Source of the DNA: an uncultured archaeon
GTDB taxonomy: Archaea; Aenigmatarchaeota; Aenigmatarchaeia; CG10238-14; SCSR01
Reading direction: 5' to 3'
DNA: 64,000 bases
NCBI GenBank assembly: GCA_964512235.1
Contig: CAZEGD010000002.1
Location: 40,768 to 104,767 of the forward strand
In this document: in pieces, positions 48,685 through 58,677 of the stretch
Position numbering within the stretch: the stretch's first letter is position 1
Layout of the letters: every line of letters begins with the position of its first letter
Notes under the pieces: generated by a model
Seen by the model: only the letters and a program-made list of their open reading frames with translations
Database searches by the model: none
Told to the model about the DNA's origin: nothing
Made by a program: the position numbers and the translations under genes

Positions 48685-49220
48685 TCTCCCAATTCATCTC
48701 GGCAGTGTTCACACAACCATTTACCCTGCACATTTCTCAATTCTTCAAAATAATCCCCACAAGAATCACATATTCCTGATGTGGATGGTTCGACTATTTT
48801 CGTAGTCATATCCCTCAGTTTTATTTTATACTCCAACAGGTCTACCATTTCAGGTGACGCACGAGCCACGTCAGAAAGTTCAATTATACCGATAATCTTC
48901 CCGCTTTCTATAACTAATAATCGTTTTATTCTATTCTTCTTCATCTTTCTCGCAGCTTCTAAGACATCCTCATTCGGACCGATTGTAACGATTGGTTTGG
49001 ACATGACCTTTTCGACTTTGATTGAGGATGGTTTTTTGTTTTTTGCAATCACTTGTTTAATCAAATCGCTATCTGTAATTACGCCTACAGGGTTGCCCTT
49101 TTTAGTCACTATCAGAGAATATCTTTTATTCTTTCTCATTATTCCTCCAGCTACTTTTGTGCTTTGATTAATACCAATTGTCAACGGTTTTTGCATTATT
49201 TCTTTGACTTTCAAAACCAT
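48681..49220 (-). CDS. CBS-pair protein with C-terminal Zn ribbon
   Basis: GVITDSD; CDSC...CEHC. Confidence 0.88.
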   Translation of the reverse strand: MVLKVKEIMQKPLTIGINQSTKVAGGIMRKNKRYSLIVTKKGNPVGVITDSDLIKQVIAKNKKPSSIKVEKVMSKPIVTIGPNEDVLEAARKMKKNRIKRLLVIESGKIIGIIELSDVARASPEMVDLLEYKIKLRDMTTKIVEPSTSGICDSCGDYFEELRNVQGKWLCEHCRDELGE

Positions 49221-49246
49221 TCTATCACCTTAATAATATTGAATCT

Positions 49247-49594
49247 TCATACTATAAATTTTCTCAAAAATTCTTCTAGTGGTTTCCCATTTTTAGGCGT
49301 GACTTTCTTCTTTGGAGGCAGAATGCGTATGTTCCCATAACCAAAATCTACGACAAGAAAGAAAGGGAACTTCTCTAATTTTTTCTCCATATATTCATAG
49401 TAGTAGAATGTCTTCTTTTTTGTCGACTTCACTTGCGAGAGTATGCATTTTCCTGACTTTAAACAAATTAAATCTGCTTCACCCAAACTTGCTCCTGCAC
49501 GTATGACCTTCCATCCAGCAGATTCAAACCTTTGTCTTATCTTTCTCTCAACCCTATAACCACGCATTCTGTTTTTGCCACGTCTGGAAGACAT
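49247..49594 (-). CDS. hjc: Holliday junction resolvase Hjc-like
   Basis: G-R-ER, GWKVIRAGAS, ADLI, SQVKS. Confidence 0.8.
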   Translation of the reverse strand: MSSRRGKNRMRGYRVERKIRQRFESAGWKVIRAGASLGEADLICLKSGKCILSQVKSTKKKTFYYYEYMEKKLEKFPFFLVVDFGYGNIRILPPKKKVTPKNGKPLEEFLRKFIV

Positions 49595-49651
49595 AAAATA
49601 AATGTATTTTAGTGAATAATTAAATATGATTTACTATAAGGTGTTGTAAAA

Positions 49652-50329
49652 GTGAAAATACTTGCAGTGTCTGACATACACAATGATGTAGAAATGCTCA
49701 TGCCTTATCTTGAGAAGGCTGCTGAATTAAATGTGGATGTTGTTGTGTGCCCAGGCGATTTCACTGATTTTAACTTACCTAAAGGGTTTACTAGAATTGA
49801 AATGGCAAAGCTCATTCTTGAAGAATTAAAAAGTCTTGGCAAACCTATAGTTGCCGTGCCGGGGAATCAAGATAAAGAAATATTGAATTTGTTGGAAAAG
49901 GATGGTGTGAGTATTCATGGCAGCGGTAAGGTTATAGATGGTGTTGGCTTCTATGGTTTTGGTGGTGCAAAGACACCATTTAACACCTCATATGAGCCCG
50001 ATGAAAGTGAAATAGATGCTGGTTTGAGGAAAGCGTATGAAGACGTAAAAAACATAAAAATAAAGGTCCAAGTGACACACAATCCTCCTGTAAACACAAA
50101 ACTCGATATACTTCCTTCCGGTGCTCATATTGGCTCGGAAGTCGTGAGAAAATTTATTGAAGATAGGGGGCCTGTGGCAGCAATCTGTGCGCATGTACAT
50201 GAGTCACGTGGTACAGATAGTATAGATAATTGTAAGGTAATAAATAGTGGACGGTTTCCAGAAGGATATTGTGGTTTGATAGAGATTAAAGATGGTTTGG
50301 CAAGTGTGAAAATAGTCAGTTTGATATAG
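49652..50329 (+). CDS. calcineurin-like metallophosphoesterase
   Basis: SDIH, GDFT, PGNQD, THNPP, HVHE. Confidence 0.9.
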   Translation: MKILAVSDIHNDVEMLMPYLEKAAELNVDVVVCPGDFTDFNLPKGFTRIEMAKLILEELKSLGKPIVAVPGNQDKEILNLLEKDGVSIHGSGKVIDGVGFYGFGGAKTPFNTSYEPDESEIDAGLRKAYEDVKNIKIKVQVTHNPPVNTKLDILPSGAHIGSEVVRKFIEDRGPVAAICAHVHESRGTDSIDNCKVINSGRFPEGYCGLIEIKDGLASVKIVSLI

Positions 50330-50450
50330 GTTATGAAAAACCAAAAACGTTTTTTATATCTGGGAGTCAAATAGATAATTACCTTTTGGGGTTGTTTTAG
50401 TTTTTTTTCCAAAATGTGATAATGTTGGGAATTAGTGGAAACGTAGTGGT

Positions 50451-50846
50451 TTGATGTCTGAAGCGGAAGTTAAATTCCAGATACAAGAAGAAATAAAGGA
50501 TCTGAAGTCTCTCAATGTTGGTGTTGTTTTGGAGTTGGCTGAGAGGTTAGATTTTCTAGATGTGCAAATTTTGCGCAAGTTTTATATGACAGGGAAGGAG
50601 TTCCCACACGACACACAACCATTCTGCTTTCCCATGTTGTTCCAGGAGATGAAGGTTAGCCACCACCTTAAGATAGGTATTGAGGCGTTGAGGAAGAGGT
50701 TGAATAATTTTGTGGGGATGGGGCTGCTCGAGAAAATCGAAAATAGCAACCCAACAAACTATATGCCCATAGACGGCAAAGAACAGTTAGCTCGTGGTGT
50801 GGTGGTCAAGTTCTTTCTCATACATGGTCTTACAAAATTCATATAA
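50451..50846 (+). CDS. winged-HTH hypothetical protein
   Basis: IGIEALRKRLNNFVGMGLLEKI..PTNY. Confidence 0.7.
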   Translation: MMSEAEVKFQIQEEIKDLKSLNVGVVLELAERLDFLDVQILRKFYMTGKEFPHDTQPFCFPMLFQEMKVSHHLKIGIEALRKRLNNFVGMGLLEKIENSNPTNYMPIDGKEQLARGVVVKFFLIHGLTKFI

Positions 50847-50856
50847 CCCTCTATAG

Positions 50857-51170
50857 TGTTATGAAGATTTCGTATATGTGTTTAAAATTATCTAAATAGT
50901 TGTTCGGAAAAATATTTATGGGTGTTCAGAGTATTTTTTATGGGTGTTCCAATTGTTTTGTATGATGTTTCCAACGAAAAAACAAAATGTTTCACATCAA
51001 AAACCATGTAGGTGTGTGGTGTTTGTGTTTACAGGGGTTGGTGGTGTTACAAACAACTAACAACTATAACAATGTTATAATAAATATAATATAAACAATA
51101 AAACACACCACAACAATAAAACACACACATATACAAAACCCAACAAGAAAGATTTCAAAAAACAACTTAA
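50857..51170. other. origin-like iteron locus
   Basis: TGTT boxes phased at ~22 bp, TATAACA-A-TGTTATA palindrome, AT-rich core, AACA-rich right arm. Confidence 0.55.
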
Positions 51171-51215
51171 GTTTATTAGCAAACGTTTATTTTTATAACT
51201 AGTCATAAAAAATAT

Positions 51216-51473
51216 ATGAAGCGAGGAAGACCAAGCACACGTAAGAAAATTACACCACTAATATTGAAACATTTAGAAAATTCGAAACTCCCATTAACAA
51301 TATCTTCACTGGCTAGAATAATATCTAAAGATGTTGGATATACAGTCAGTTGGAACACAATAGAAAAGTACCTTAGAGAGAATATAGAGACCAACAAAAT
51401 ACAAGCCATATCTCTACCACACTCTAAAAAAGAGGGAAAGAGTGGGCTTACGGTCTACGTCCTAAAGAAATAA
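51216..51473 (+). CDS. winged-HTH protein
   Basis: RGRP N-terminus, TISSLAR..VSWNTIEKYLRE. Confidence 0.7.
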   Translation: MKRGRPSTRKKITPLILKHLENSKLPLTISSLARIISKDVGYTVSWNTIEKYLRENIETNKIQAISLPHSKKEGKSGLTVYVLKK

Positions 51474-51491
51474 TACCAACACCGTGGTTTT

Positions 51492-52562
51492 ATGGGAAAA
51501 AACAATATAATAAAGAAATTTCTAAGCGTTGGGGTGCAATTGAGTAAGGATGCATTAGACCATTTTATAATTAACGAAAAAGACATAGATGTATTCATTG
51601 AAAGATCTGGAAAAATAAAAGAAAGGCCGAAAATAGTCACATTATCTACAGTTCAAAGAGTCCTTAGTACACCAAACGGCCTCTCCATTGGTGTGAAAGC
51701 AACCAGTTTTGTAGCCGAAGGTGAAAAGGTATCAATTAGAAGTCTTGTCAATGATTTGACAAACAAATACAACCTACTCAAACACATTCTGGAAGGTAAG
51801 AATGGGTTGAGTAAATTGATATCTATAAATAAAATTTCACCAAATACTAAAGAATTTTCTATAATATGTATGGTTAATGATGTGAATAGAAATTCAGTTA
51901 CCGTGGAAGACACAACTGGTGAACTCACACTATATTTTGATGATATAAAAGACACAATTCTACCAGACGACGTGATTGGATTGATGTGTGAACAGAAGGG
52001 GGGTAGATTTCTCATAAAGGACATAATGTGGCCTGACATTCCACTAAAGAGGGGAGTAAAGAAGTCAAAAAAGAAAATCAACTGTATTTTTCTTGGCACT
52101 GAGGTATCAGAAATATATATTGAAAACGGTGAGGCGATACTCTTTGCATTTGGCTCGCCGAGAAAGTTGAATCTAAACAATGTAAAGAGTACAGAACACA
52201 TATTCTTGGACGAAAACATGAAGGAAAAGAAAAAATCAGTCTTTAAACCACCCATCATCGTAGAACTAAATGGTATAAATGTTGTAATTCTCAGCACAAA
52301 CCTGATTCAAAAGTATAAAAAATATTGGAAGAAAGAGGAGGACATAATAAAAAATCTTTTGAAGAGGAGAGATATAGATCCCATTCAAGACATTACAGGT
52401 CAACGTTACACATCCTCTGTGCTAGAGTCACCTCCAGATATAGTTGTGGTTGCAGACGAAGGCACAAAGAGTTTAAACTATAAGGGAACTACAATACTAT
52501 CGGTCTCAAAGAATAGCGGCTATTATATAGATTTGAACACAAGAGAAGTTAAAAAGATATAA
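51492..52562 (+). CDS. inactivated PolD small subunit (DP1)-like / polymerase B-subunit-like protein
   Basis: OB-fold VEDTTG..LPDDVIG, IMWPDIP, LLKRRDIDP, PPDI, YKGT; phosphoesterase DxH/GD/GNHD/GHxH motifs absent. Confidence 0.75.
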   Translation: MGKNNIIKKFLSVGVQLSKDALDHFIINEKDIDVFIERSGKIKERPKIVTLSTVQRVLSTPNGLSIGVKATSFVAEGEKVSIRSLVNDLTNKYNLLKHILEGKNGLSKLISINKISPNTKEFSIICMVNDVNRNSVTVEDTTGELTLYFDDIKDTILPDDVIGLMCEQKGGRFLIKDIMWPDIPLKRGVKKSKKKINCIFLGTEVSEIYIENGEAILFAFGSPRKLNLNNVKSTEHIFLDENMKEKKKSVFKPPIIVELNGINVVILSTNLIQKYKKYWKKEEDIIKNLLKRRDIDPIQDITGQRYTSSVLESPPDIVVVADEGTKSLNYKGTTILSVSKNSGYYIDLNTREVKKI

Positions 52563-52579
52563 AATAATAGATTTTATCT

Positions 52580-55270
52580 ATGGAGACTCTCTTTCAGGTT
52601 CTAGATTCAGACTATATAATGGTAAACAACAAACCTGTGATCAGGTTGTTCGGAAAAGAAAAGAGCGGGAGGACAATATGTGCTTTCCTAGAAGGTGAAC
52701 TACCATATTTCTTTATTCTCGTGAACGATGAAGAAAAAGCAATAAAATTCATCGAAAAAGAGTTTTCAAACCTCGTTGTGAAAATAGATACAGTTAAAAA
52801 ATACCTTCCAATGGGGTTTCAGAAGACCAAAACAAAGCTGCTTAAAATAATATTGAAAGAGCCATCAAAGGTACCATCAATCCGCGATGAACTTAAAAAA
52901 AAGAAATTTGTAGATCAGATATTTGAGGCAGATATACTTTTCAAATATAGGATGATGGTCGACAAGGGTATACGTGGGATGGGTTGGGTAAAAGTTAAAG
53001 GTTCAGCAGTTAACACACACACTGTTAAAACAGATTGTTGCATACAGGCGAAAACACTGAACGTTGTAGATAATGAAGACAACGCACCATTGAGATACTT
53101 GAGTATAGACATCGAGACGCATTTTAGTGATGTAATTGGACCTAGCCCGAGAAAGGACAAAATTATAATGGTGAGTCTATATTTTTCTCCATCATACAGA
53201 GGTAAAGATTCGCTCGTCCTTATTTCGAAGAACACCAAGGACAACAAAGATACAATCTGTTGTGAAAACGAGAAGAAAATGTTGCAAGAATTCCTGAAGA
53301 TTGTAGATGCGTTTGACCCAGACATAATCCTCGGGTACAATATAAACAACTTCGACTTTCCATTCATTATGGACAGACTTAGGATAAACAACTTACCAAG
53401 AACCATGGGCAGATGCAACATAAAGAATGCTGTCTCAAGGAAGTTTGGCATGAGGTTTAGAAATTCAGTCACAGGTAGAGTAATAGTAGATGTATACGAA
53501 CTCATCAAAGAATCCGCTAGCAAAGGATTCATGAGAATGAAGAGGTATGGTCTTGGGGACGTATCTAAAAATCTGATAAACGAGGAAAAAATAAAGATTG
53601 CACATAGTGAAATTGTAAAATATTGGAACGGTGATGAAAAGCATCTGGAGAAGCTGATAGAATATTCAAGAAAGGACTCATACCTAGCCATGAAGTTATT
53701 GTTGGAAAAAGAACTGTTGGATAAATTTTTCGAGCTTTCTAAGGTCTCGGGCATACTCTTGCAGGATGTATTGTCGAGTGGTGAAGCTATGCGCGTGGAA
53801 AATTTGGTTTTGGAAGAATTTAACAAGAGAGATTATGTGATACCATGCAAACCAGATAATGCAGAAATGGAGAGGAGGAGTGTCGAAAGAGAAAAGAAAG
53901 CGCTAAAAGGAGCTCTTGTACTCGAACCGGATGCAGGTCTGCATACAACACCTATAGTCTATCTTGATTTCAAGAGCATGTACCCATCTATAATTATTTC
54001 ATATAATATTTGCCCGACTACTTTCCTACAACCTAACCAGAAACCAAAATCAATCAAAACACCATACAACACTAGATTTACAGACAGGACTGTGAAAGAA
54101 GGCATACTACCCAAAATACTCACAGACTTGATAAAAACAAGGGATGTCGTAAAAAAAGAGATTAAAAGGACTAAGAGCGAAGAAAAGAAGAAAAGTTTGG
54201 ACGCTAAACAATATGCACTAAAAGTTATGGCTAATGCCTTTTATGGCTATACCGGATACGTACGTGCTAGGCTCTATGTTTTAGACATAGCAAACACTAT
54301 AACAGCATCTGGACGCTATCTTATCCAAAAGACAAGAGACATAGTTGAAGAAGGGTCAAAATACAAAGTTGTATACGGTGATACAGATTCGATAATGGTA
54401 AAGGTAGGTGTCGAAGATTTGGAGGAAGCATTCAAAATCGGTAGAGAGATTGAGAAAAAAATAAATGATGAATTGAAAGGTATAGTGGAAATGAAAATAG
54501 AGTCCGTCTTCAAGTCCTTAGTGATACTGACGAAAAAAAGATATGCAGGAATGAGCTATGAAAAATATGATGGTGAATGGAAAGAAAAAATGATGATGAA
54601 AGGTATAGAGACTGTCAGAAGGGACTGGTGCGATCTTGTCAGTGAGACATTGTTCACTGTCTTGGAAATTATACTAAAAGAACAGAACCCCAAAAAAGCC
54701 CTTAATCATGTGAAAAGTGTTATGGCCAAGTTGCAAAGGAACGAAGTCCCAGTGGAAAAGCTAGTTATAACGAAGAGCATGACAAAACCTATAAGGTCGT
54801 ACAAAGGAATACAGCCACATATAGAACTCGTTAAAAAATTGAGAAAGCGTTCTCCAACAGAAGCTCCTGGAGTGGGTGACAGAATAGGCTATGTAATAGT
54901 CCAAGGATTACAAATAATTTCTAATAGGTCAGAAGACCCCGATTATATTAAAGCGCACAATATGAAAGTAGATTCTAAATATTACATGGAAAGCCAGTTG
55001 CTACCGCCACTTGAAAGGTTGTTTGAAGTTATCGGAATTGACAAGACTGAGCTTCTGGGCAGAGGCAAGCAGCTACTGCTTGGCGATGCAATAAAAAATG
55101 GAAGAAACAAGAAAATTGTAGACTCTTTGAGCAAATCAGATGGTGTTATATGTAGCAAGTGTAATAAAACGTTTAGGCGCCCCCCACTTTCAGGTAAGTG
55201 TACAACATGTAGCGGAGAGATATTATTCTTTTCTGGAAATGTTAGGTCAAAACACTTCAGTCCATCCTAA
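52580..55270 (+). CDS. polB: family B DNA polymerase with C-terminal DP2-type Zn finger
   Basis: DIET, YN...FD, Y...D exonuclease motifs; DFKSMYPS, K...NAFYG, YGDTDS, KKRY; CSKC..RRPPLSGKC..C. Confidence 0.95.
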   Translation: METLFQVLDSDYIMVNNKPVIRLFGKEKSGRTICAFLEGELPYFFILVNDEEKAIKFIEKEFSNLVVKIDTVKKYLPMGFQKTKTKLLKIILKEPSKVPSIRDELKKKKFVDQIFEADILFKYRMMVDKGIRGMGWVKVKGSAVNTHTVKTDCCIQAKTLNVVDNEDNAPLRYLSIDIETHFSDVIGPSPRKDKIIMVSLYFSPSYRGKDSLVLISKNTKDNKDTICCENEKKMLQEFLKIVDAFDPDIILGYNINNFDFPFIMDRLRINNLPRTMGRCNIKNAVSRKFGMRFRNSVTGRVIVDVYELIKESASKGFMRMKRYGLGDVSKNLINEEKIKIAHSEIVKYWNGDEKHLEKLIEYSRKDSYLAMKLLLEKELLDKFFELSKVSGILLQDVLSSGEAMRVENLVLEEFNKRDYVIPCKPDNAEMERRSVEREKKALKGALVLEPDAGLHTTPIVYLDFKSMYPSIIISYNICPTTFLQPNQKPKSIKTPYNTRFTDRTVKEGILPKILTDLIKTRDVVKKEIKRTKSEEKKKSLDAKQYALKVMANAFYGYTGYVRARLYVLDIANTITASGRYLIQKTRDIVEEGSKYKVVYGDTDSIMVKVGVEDLEEAFKIGREIEKKINDELKGIVEMKIESVFKSLVILTKKRYAGMSYEKYDGEWKEKMMMKGIETVRRDWCDLVSETLFTVLEIILKEQNPKKALNHVKSVMAKLQRNEVPVEKLVITKSMTKPIRSYKGIQPHIELVKKLRKRSPTEAPGVGDRIGYVIVQGLQIISNRSEDPDYIKAHNMKVDSKYYMESQLLPPLERLFEVIGIDKTELLGRGKQLLLGDAIKNGRNKKIVDSLSKSDGVICSKCNKTFRRPPLSGKCTTCSGEILFFSGNVRSKHFSPS

Positions 55271-56819
55271 GGGATTTGTAGAAGGGATTCGTTAAAATAC
55301 GATTCAGTATAATACCTAATATCAATGCTATTCCCAAACCTCTCAAAGGCGTAAACAGCGTAATAAAACCAACTACAGAAGCAACTATAATTAACTTCTT
55401 CATTGTTTTTCCTTTCCTACCGCTTTTTGAAAGTGTAATCATATCAAACATACCAATTGCCAAAAACATACACACACCAATCAATGCATATGTATCAATG
55501 ACCCATGATGTAAAGTTTTGTATTATTGCAAAAATACCAAAAACATAAACGACTTCCAAAATAGTCATTACAATCATAACTACACTTACTTTCACCTTTT
55601 TCCTAGAAACGAGAATGGCTGTAAGCGACAAAAACGCTACAGCAAAAGGTACCATCCATATCAGCCACCAGTTAGTTGGTTGAGTTCTGACAGTCGTTTC
55701 TATTTCGAATTTCGATGGAAGTTCCCCAGCTATTGCAAAACCCACAGAAGTCTTCTTAGTTACAACATCATTCATACTGTTTCCAAACCCAACAATAAAA
55801 GCCGTGCTTATGTTTTGTCCAGCTTGCTCTACTAGTATTGGTATTCCAATACCGTTTATCTTCTTTCCATCAACATAATACTCCCACACACCATTCAAGA
55901 AAGTCTGCGGTCCCAATAAAACTGTACTAAGTCCATTGCTTATCTTTCCAAATTTTTCTCCAGACTCTCTATCAATTTCAACTGGGGATGTTGATCTGTA
56001 TAGATTTACTGACGGTTCGAATGATACACTGTCAGCACCCTCAATTTCACCAATTATGTTATCATTATCAAAAATTAAAGAGTTCAAAACCAATGAGGTA
56101 TTCGTACCATTTACAAAGACAAATTTTACATTTTCCAAATAGAACTCTCCACCAACTTCAATTTCACTTCCATTAACAATTATAATACCGTTCAAAAATC
56201 CTATAGAATATCTAGAACTACCTATTTTTACTTCACTATTGCCATTTCTAACTTCAAGTGTCTGCCTTATTACACCTTCTATCCTACCCTTCTTTATCAA
56301 TAGACCCAAGTTCTTGTTTGGCGATGACGATATGATAAATTTTTCATTTTCCACTTCGACTGTACCATCGATTATTCCCAGAGCCGCCATACGCGACTGT
56401 ATTATTTCTTTCGTTTCTTGCAGTTCACTCTCAGATAGCATAGTATCAGGTACAACAGTCATTTCAACTCCACCACCTATCGACCTCTCAAATCTGAGGC
56501 CAGAAGATACCATATCAGTCACACCCACCACAATATCACCATCTGATAGAGCTGTGCACCCGCCAGGACCATTATTGACGACCATCGGATAATATCTATC
56601 TCTTTCGACGCCGGATACAAAATTGTTGAACTCTTCAGCACTCTTGACTACTTTACCACCTATCTGCGTTATCACGTCACCTTCTGAAAGGTCACCACAA
56701 CCATCATTTCTGACAGAAGTAACAACTACACCACTCTTTCTAAAGGCCAAAGGAGACAAAACAAAGAAAATTGAGACAGCGAGCAGTATGAGAATAAAAT
56801 AAAATCTAAGTCCTTTCAT
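55257..56819 (-). CDS. SecD-like membrane protein with PDZ-like N-terminal domain
   Basis: N-terminal TM, GDVITQIGG, GLRF..IGGG, IIQSRM..G, C-terminal TM bundle. Confidence 0.6.
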   Translation of the reverse strand: MKGLRFYFILILLAVSIFFVLSPLAFRKSGVVVTSVRNDGCGDLSEGDVITQIGGKVVKSAEEFNNFVSGVERDRYYPMVVNNGPGGCTALSDGDIVVGVTDMVSSGLRFERSIGGGVEMTVVPDTMLSESELQETKEIIQSRMAALGIIDGTVEVENEKFIISSSPNKNLGLLIKKGRIEGVIRQTLEVRNGNSEVKIGSSRYSIGFLNGIIIVNGSEIEVGGEFYLENVKFVFVNGTNTSLVLNSLIFDNDNIIGEIEGADSVSFEPSVNLYRSTSPVEIDRESGEKFGKISNGLSTVLLGPQTFLNGVWEYYVDGKKINGIGIPILVEQAGQNISTAFIVGFGNSMNDVVTKKTSVGFAIAGELPSKFEIETTVRTQPTNWWLIWMVPFAVAFLSLTAILVSRKKVKVSVVMIVMTILEVVYVFGIFAIIQNFTSWVIDTYALIGVCMFLAIGMFDMITLSKSGRKGKTMKKLIIVASVVGFITLFTPLRGLGIALILGIILNRILTNPFYKSLRMD

Positions 56820-56912
56820 TAAATATCACTATCTATTTTACACTGTCGTAACATTTATAACCTTTTATTATAGTTAAAATATAAGAAAGTTACATTTTAG
56901 TAGTTTGTCTAG

Positions 56913-57809
56913 ATGATGGTGAAACAATTGAAAGTTAGCATAATTGGAAGCGGTGTTGTCGGGACGATAGCTGGGAAGGGACTGTCTGAAATAGGTAATG
57001 ATGTAGTATTCTACGATGTTAACAAGAAGAGAATAGAAGAGCTTAAAAATGAAGGATTCAATGCAACGGATAATATATCAGAATCTGTAAAATCGACAGA
57101 TATATCATTCTTATGCGTGCCATCACCGAGCCCAGAAGGCAACATCGACTTAAGTTATATAAAATCTGCATCTACGGAAATAGCTAAGGTGTTAAAAGAT
57201 AAAGATTCGTACCATCTCATCGTTGTTAAAAGCACAGTCGTGCCAGAGACAACAGAAAATTTTGTTAAACAGATTATTGAAGATGTGTCAGGGAAGAAAT
57301 GTGGAGAAGGATTCGGACTTTGTATGAACCCGGAATTCCTGACTGAAATACACAAGTCATGGACTGATGACCCATCTCTAGAAAGGGGCTTCTTTACTGA
57401 AGACAGGATTGTCATCGGCGAATTTGACAAAAAATCTGGCGACATACTTGAATCACTGTACAAGTCACTTAACATTCCAATATTTAGAACTGACTTGAAG
57501 ACTGCTGAATTGATAAAATATGCATGTAATTGTTGCTTGGCTAGTAGGATATCTTATTGGAATGAAATCTTTTACATAGCTCAAAAACTTGGCATAGATT
57601 CTGAATTTGTTGCTAAAGTGGCAGCTATGGACAAAAGAATAGGAAAATATGGATCTGTTCATGGTATGGCGTTCGGTGGTAAATGCTTTCCAAAAGACTT
57701 GCGCGCGATTATTGCTTTTTCTGAAAGTTTAGGTCACAATCCAGAATTCTTGAAAGCCGTGGAAAATATAAACGAAAGAATTAAAAAAGACAAAGGAGTT
57801 AGAGAATAA
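56913..57809 (+). CDS. UDP-glucose/GDP-mannose dehydrogenase family, short form
   Basis: GSGVVG, KSTVVP, NPEFL, AELIKY, FGGKCFPKD. Confidence 0.88.
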   Translation: MMVKQLKVSIIGSGVVGTIAGKGLSEIGNDVVFYDVNKKRIEELKNEGFNATDNISESVKSTDISFLCVPSPSPEGNIDLSYIKSASTEIAKVLKDKDSYHLIVVKSTVVPETTENFVKQIIEDVSGKKCGEGFGLCMNPEFLTEIHKSWTDDPSLERGFFTEDRIVIGEFDKKSGDILESLYKSLNIPIFRTDLKTAELIKYACNCCLASRISYWNEIFYIAQKLGIDSEFVAKVAAMDKRIGKYGSVHGMAFGGKCFPKDLRAIIAFSESLGHNPEFLKAVENINERIKKDKGVRE

Positions 57810-57822
57810 AGAGGTTGATTGA

Positions 57823-58644
57823 ATGAAAGCAATAATTCTTGCAGCGGGTAAGGGTACAAGGCTCAGACCTCTAACGTATGGAATACCCAAGCCATTATTG
57901 CCAGTGAAAGGAAGGCCAATGGTTGATTGGGTTATAAGAAGTACGTTGAACGATAAAATAGATGAAATTATAGTTGCGGTATCGGGTACAGTAGGTAATG
58001 ATATGGAAGAGAGGGTACTGTCGCATATCCATGGTATATGCATAGACGCATTTTTGCGAAAATTGGATTACAATTGCAAGATAAGGACCATACCAACTCT
58101 TCAGAGAGAGACTGGTGGAGACTTAAAATACATTTTAGAAGAATCTGGTATAAAGGGAAGCGTACTAGTTGCATACGGTGATAATCTAACACTTTTTGAT
58201 TTGGATAAAATGATTGACTATCATAACAGGTGTAAAGAGAAGCTAGGCACAGTCTGCACTGTGTTGCTATTTGAAGCGCCTGAATCAGAGCTGCACAGAT
58301 TCGGTATTGCAAAATTGAAGAAAGTGGAAGGTTTTGATTTAATAGAAGAGTTTGTGGAAAAGCCAGATTTAGAAAAGGCAACGTCAAGATTTGCAAGTGG
58401 TGGATACTATATAATTGAAATAGAAGATGTGATTGACAGGTTGCCTAAAGAGAAGAAGAAAGTCGAACACTCATTATTTCCAGCGCTTGCGAAAGAAGGC
58501 AAGCTAGCTGCATTCGTCAGTAAGCTTCCATATTGGATAGACATAAGCACAATGGAATCTTATGACATGGCGAATAAGATGGCTCACGACAATCTTATAT
58601 TACCGCCACCGCTGCCGGAAAACAGTAACAATAAACAACCCTGA
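57823..58644 (+). CDS. sugar-phosphate nucleotidyltransferase
   Basis: ILAAGKGTRLRPLT..PKPLLPV, YGD, FVEKP. Confidence 0.9.
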   Translation: MKAIILAAGKGTRLRPLTYGIPKPLLPVKGRPMVDWVIRSTLNDKIDEIIVAVSGTVGNDMEERVLSHIHGICIDAFLRKLDYNCKIRTIPTLQRETGGDLKYILEESGIKGSVLVAYGDNLTLFDLDKMIDYHNRCKEKLGTVCTVLLFEAPESELHRFGIAKLKKVEGFDLIEEFVEKPDLEKATSRFASGGYYIIEIEDVIDRLPKEKKKVEHSLFPALAKEGKLAAFVSKLPYWIDISTMESYDMANKMAHDNLILPPPLPENSNNKQP

Positions 58645-58677
58645 GTCCAATAATAATTAACAAACTCACAACTAATT

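Noticed and set aside
50430..50990. Canonical ORB boxes (AGTGGAAAC, TTCCAA fragments)
   Set aside because: Only partial matches, no G-string context and no cdc6 in the window
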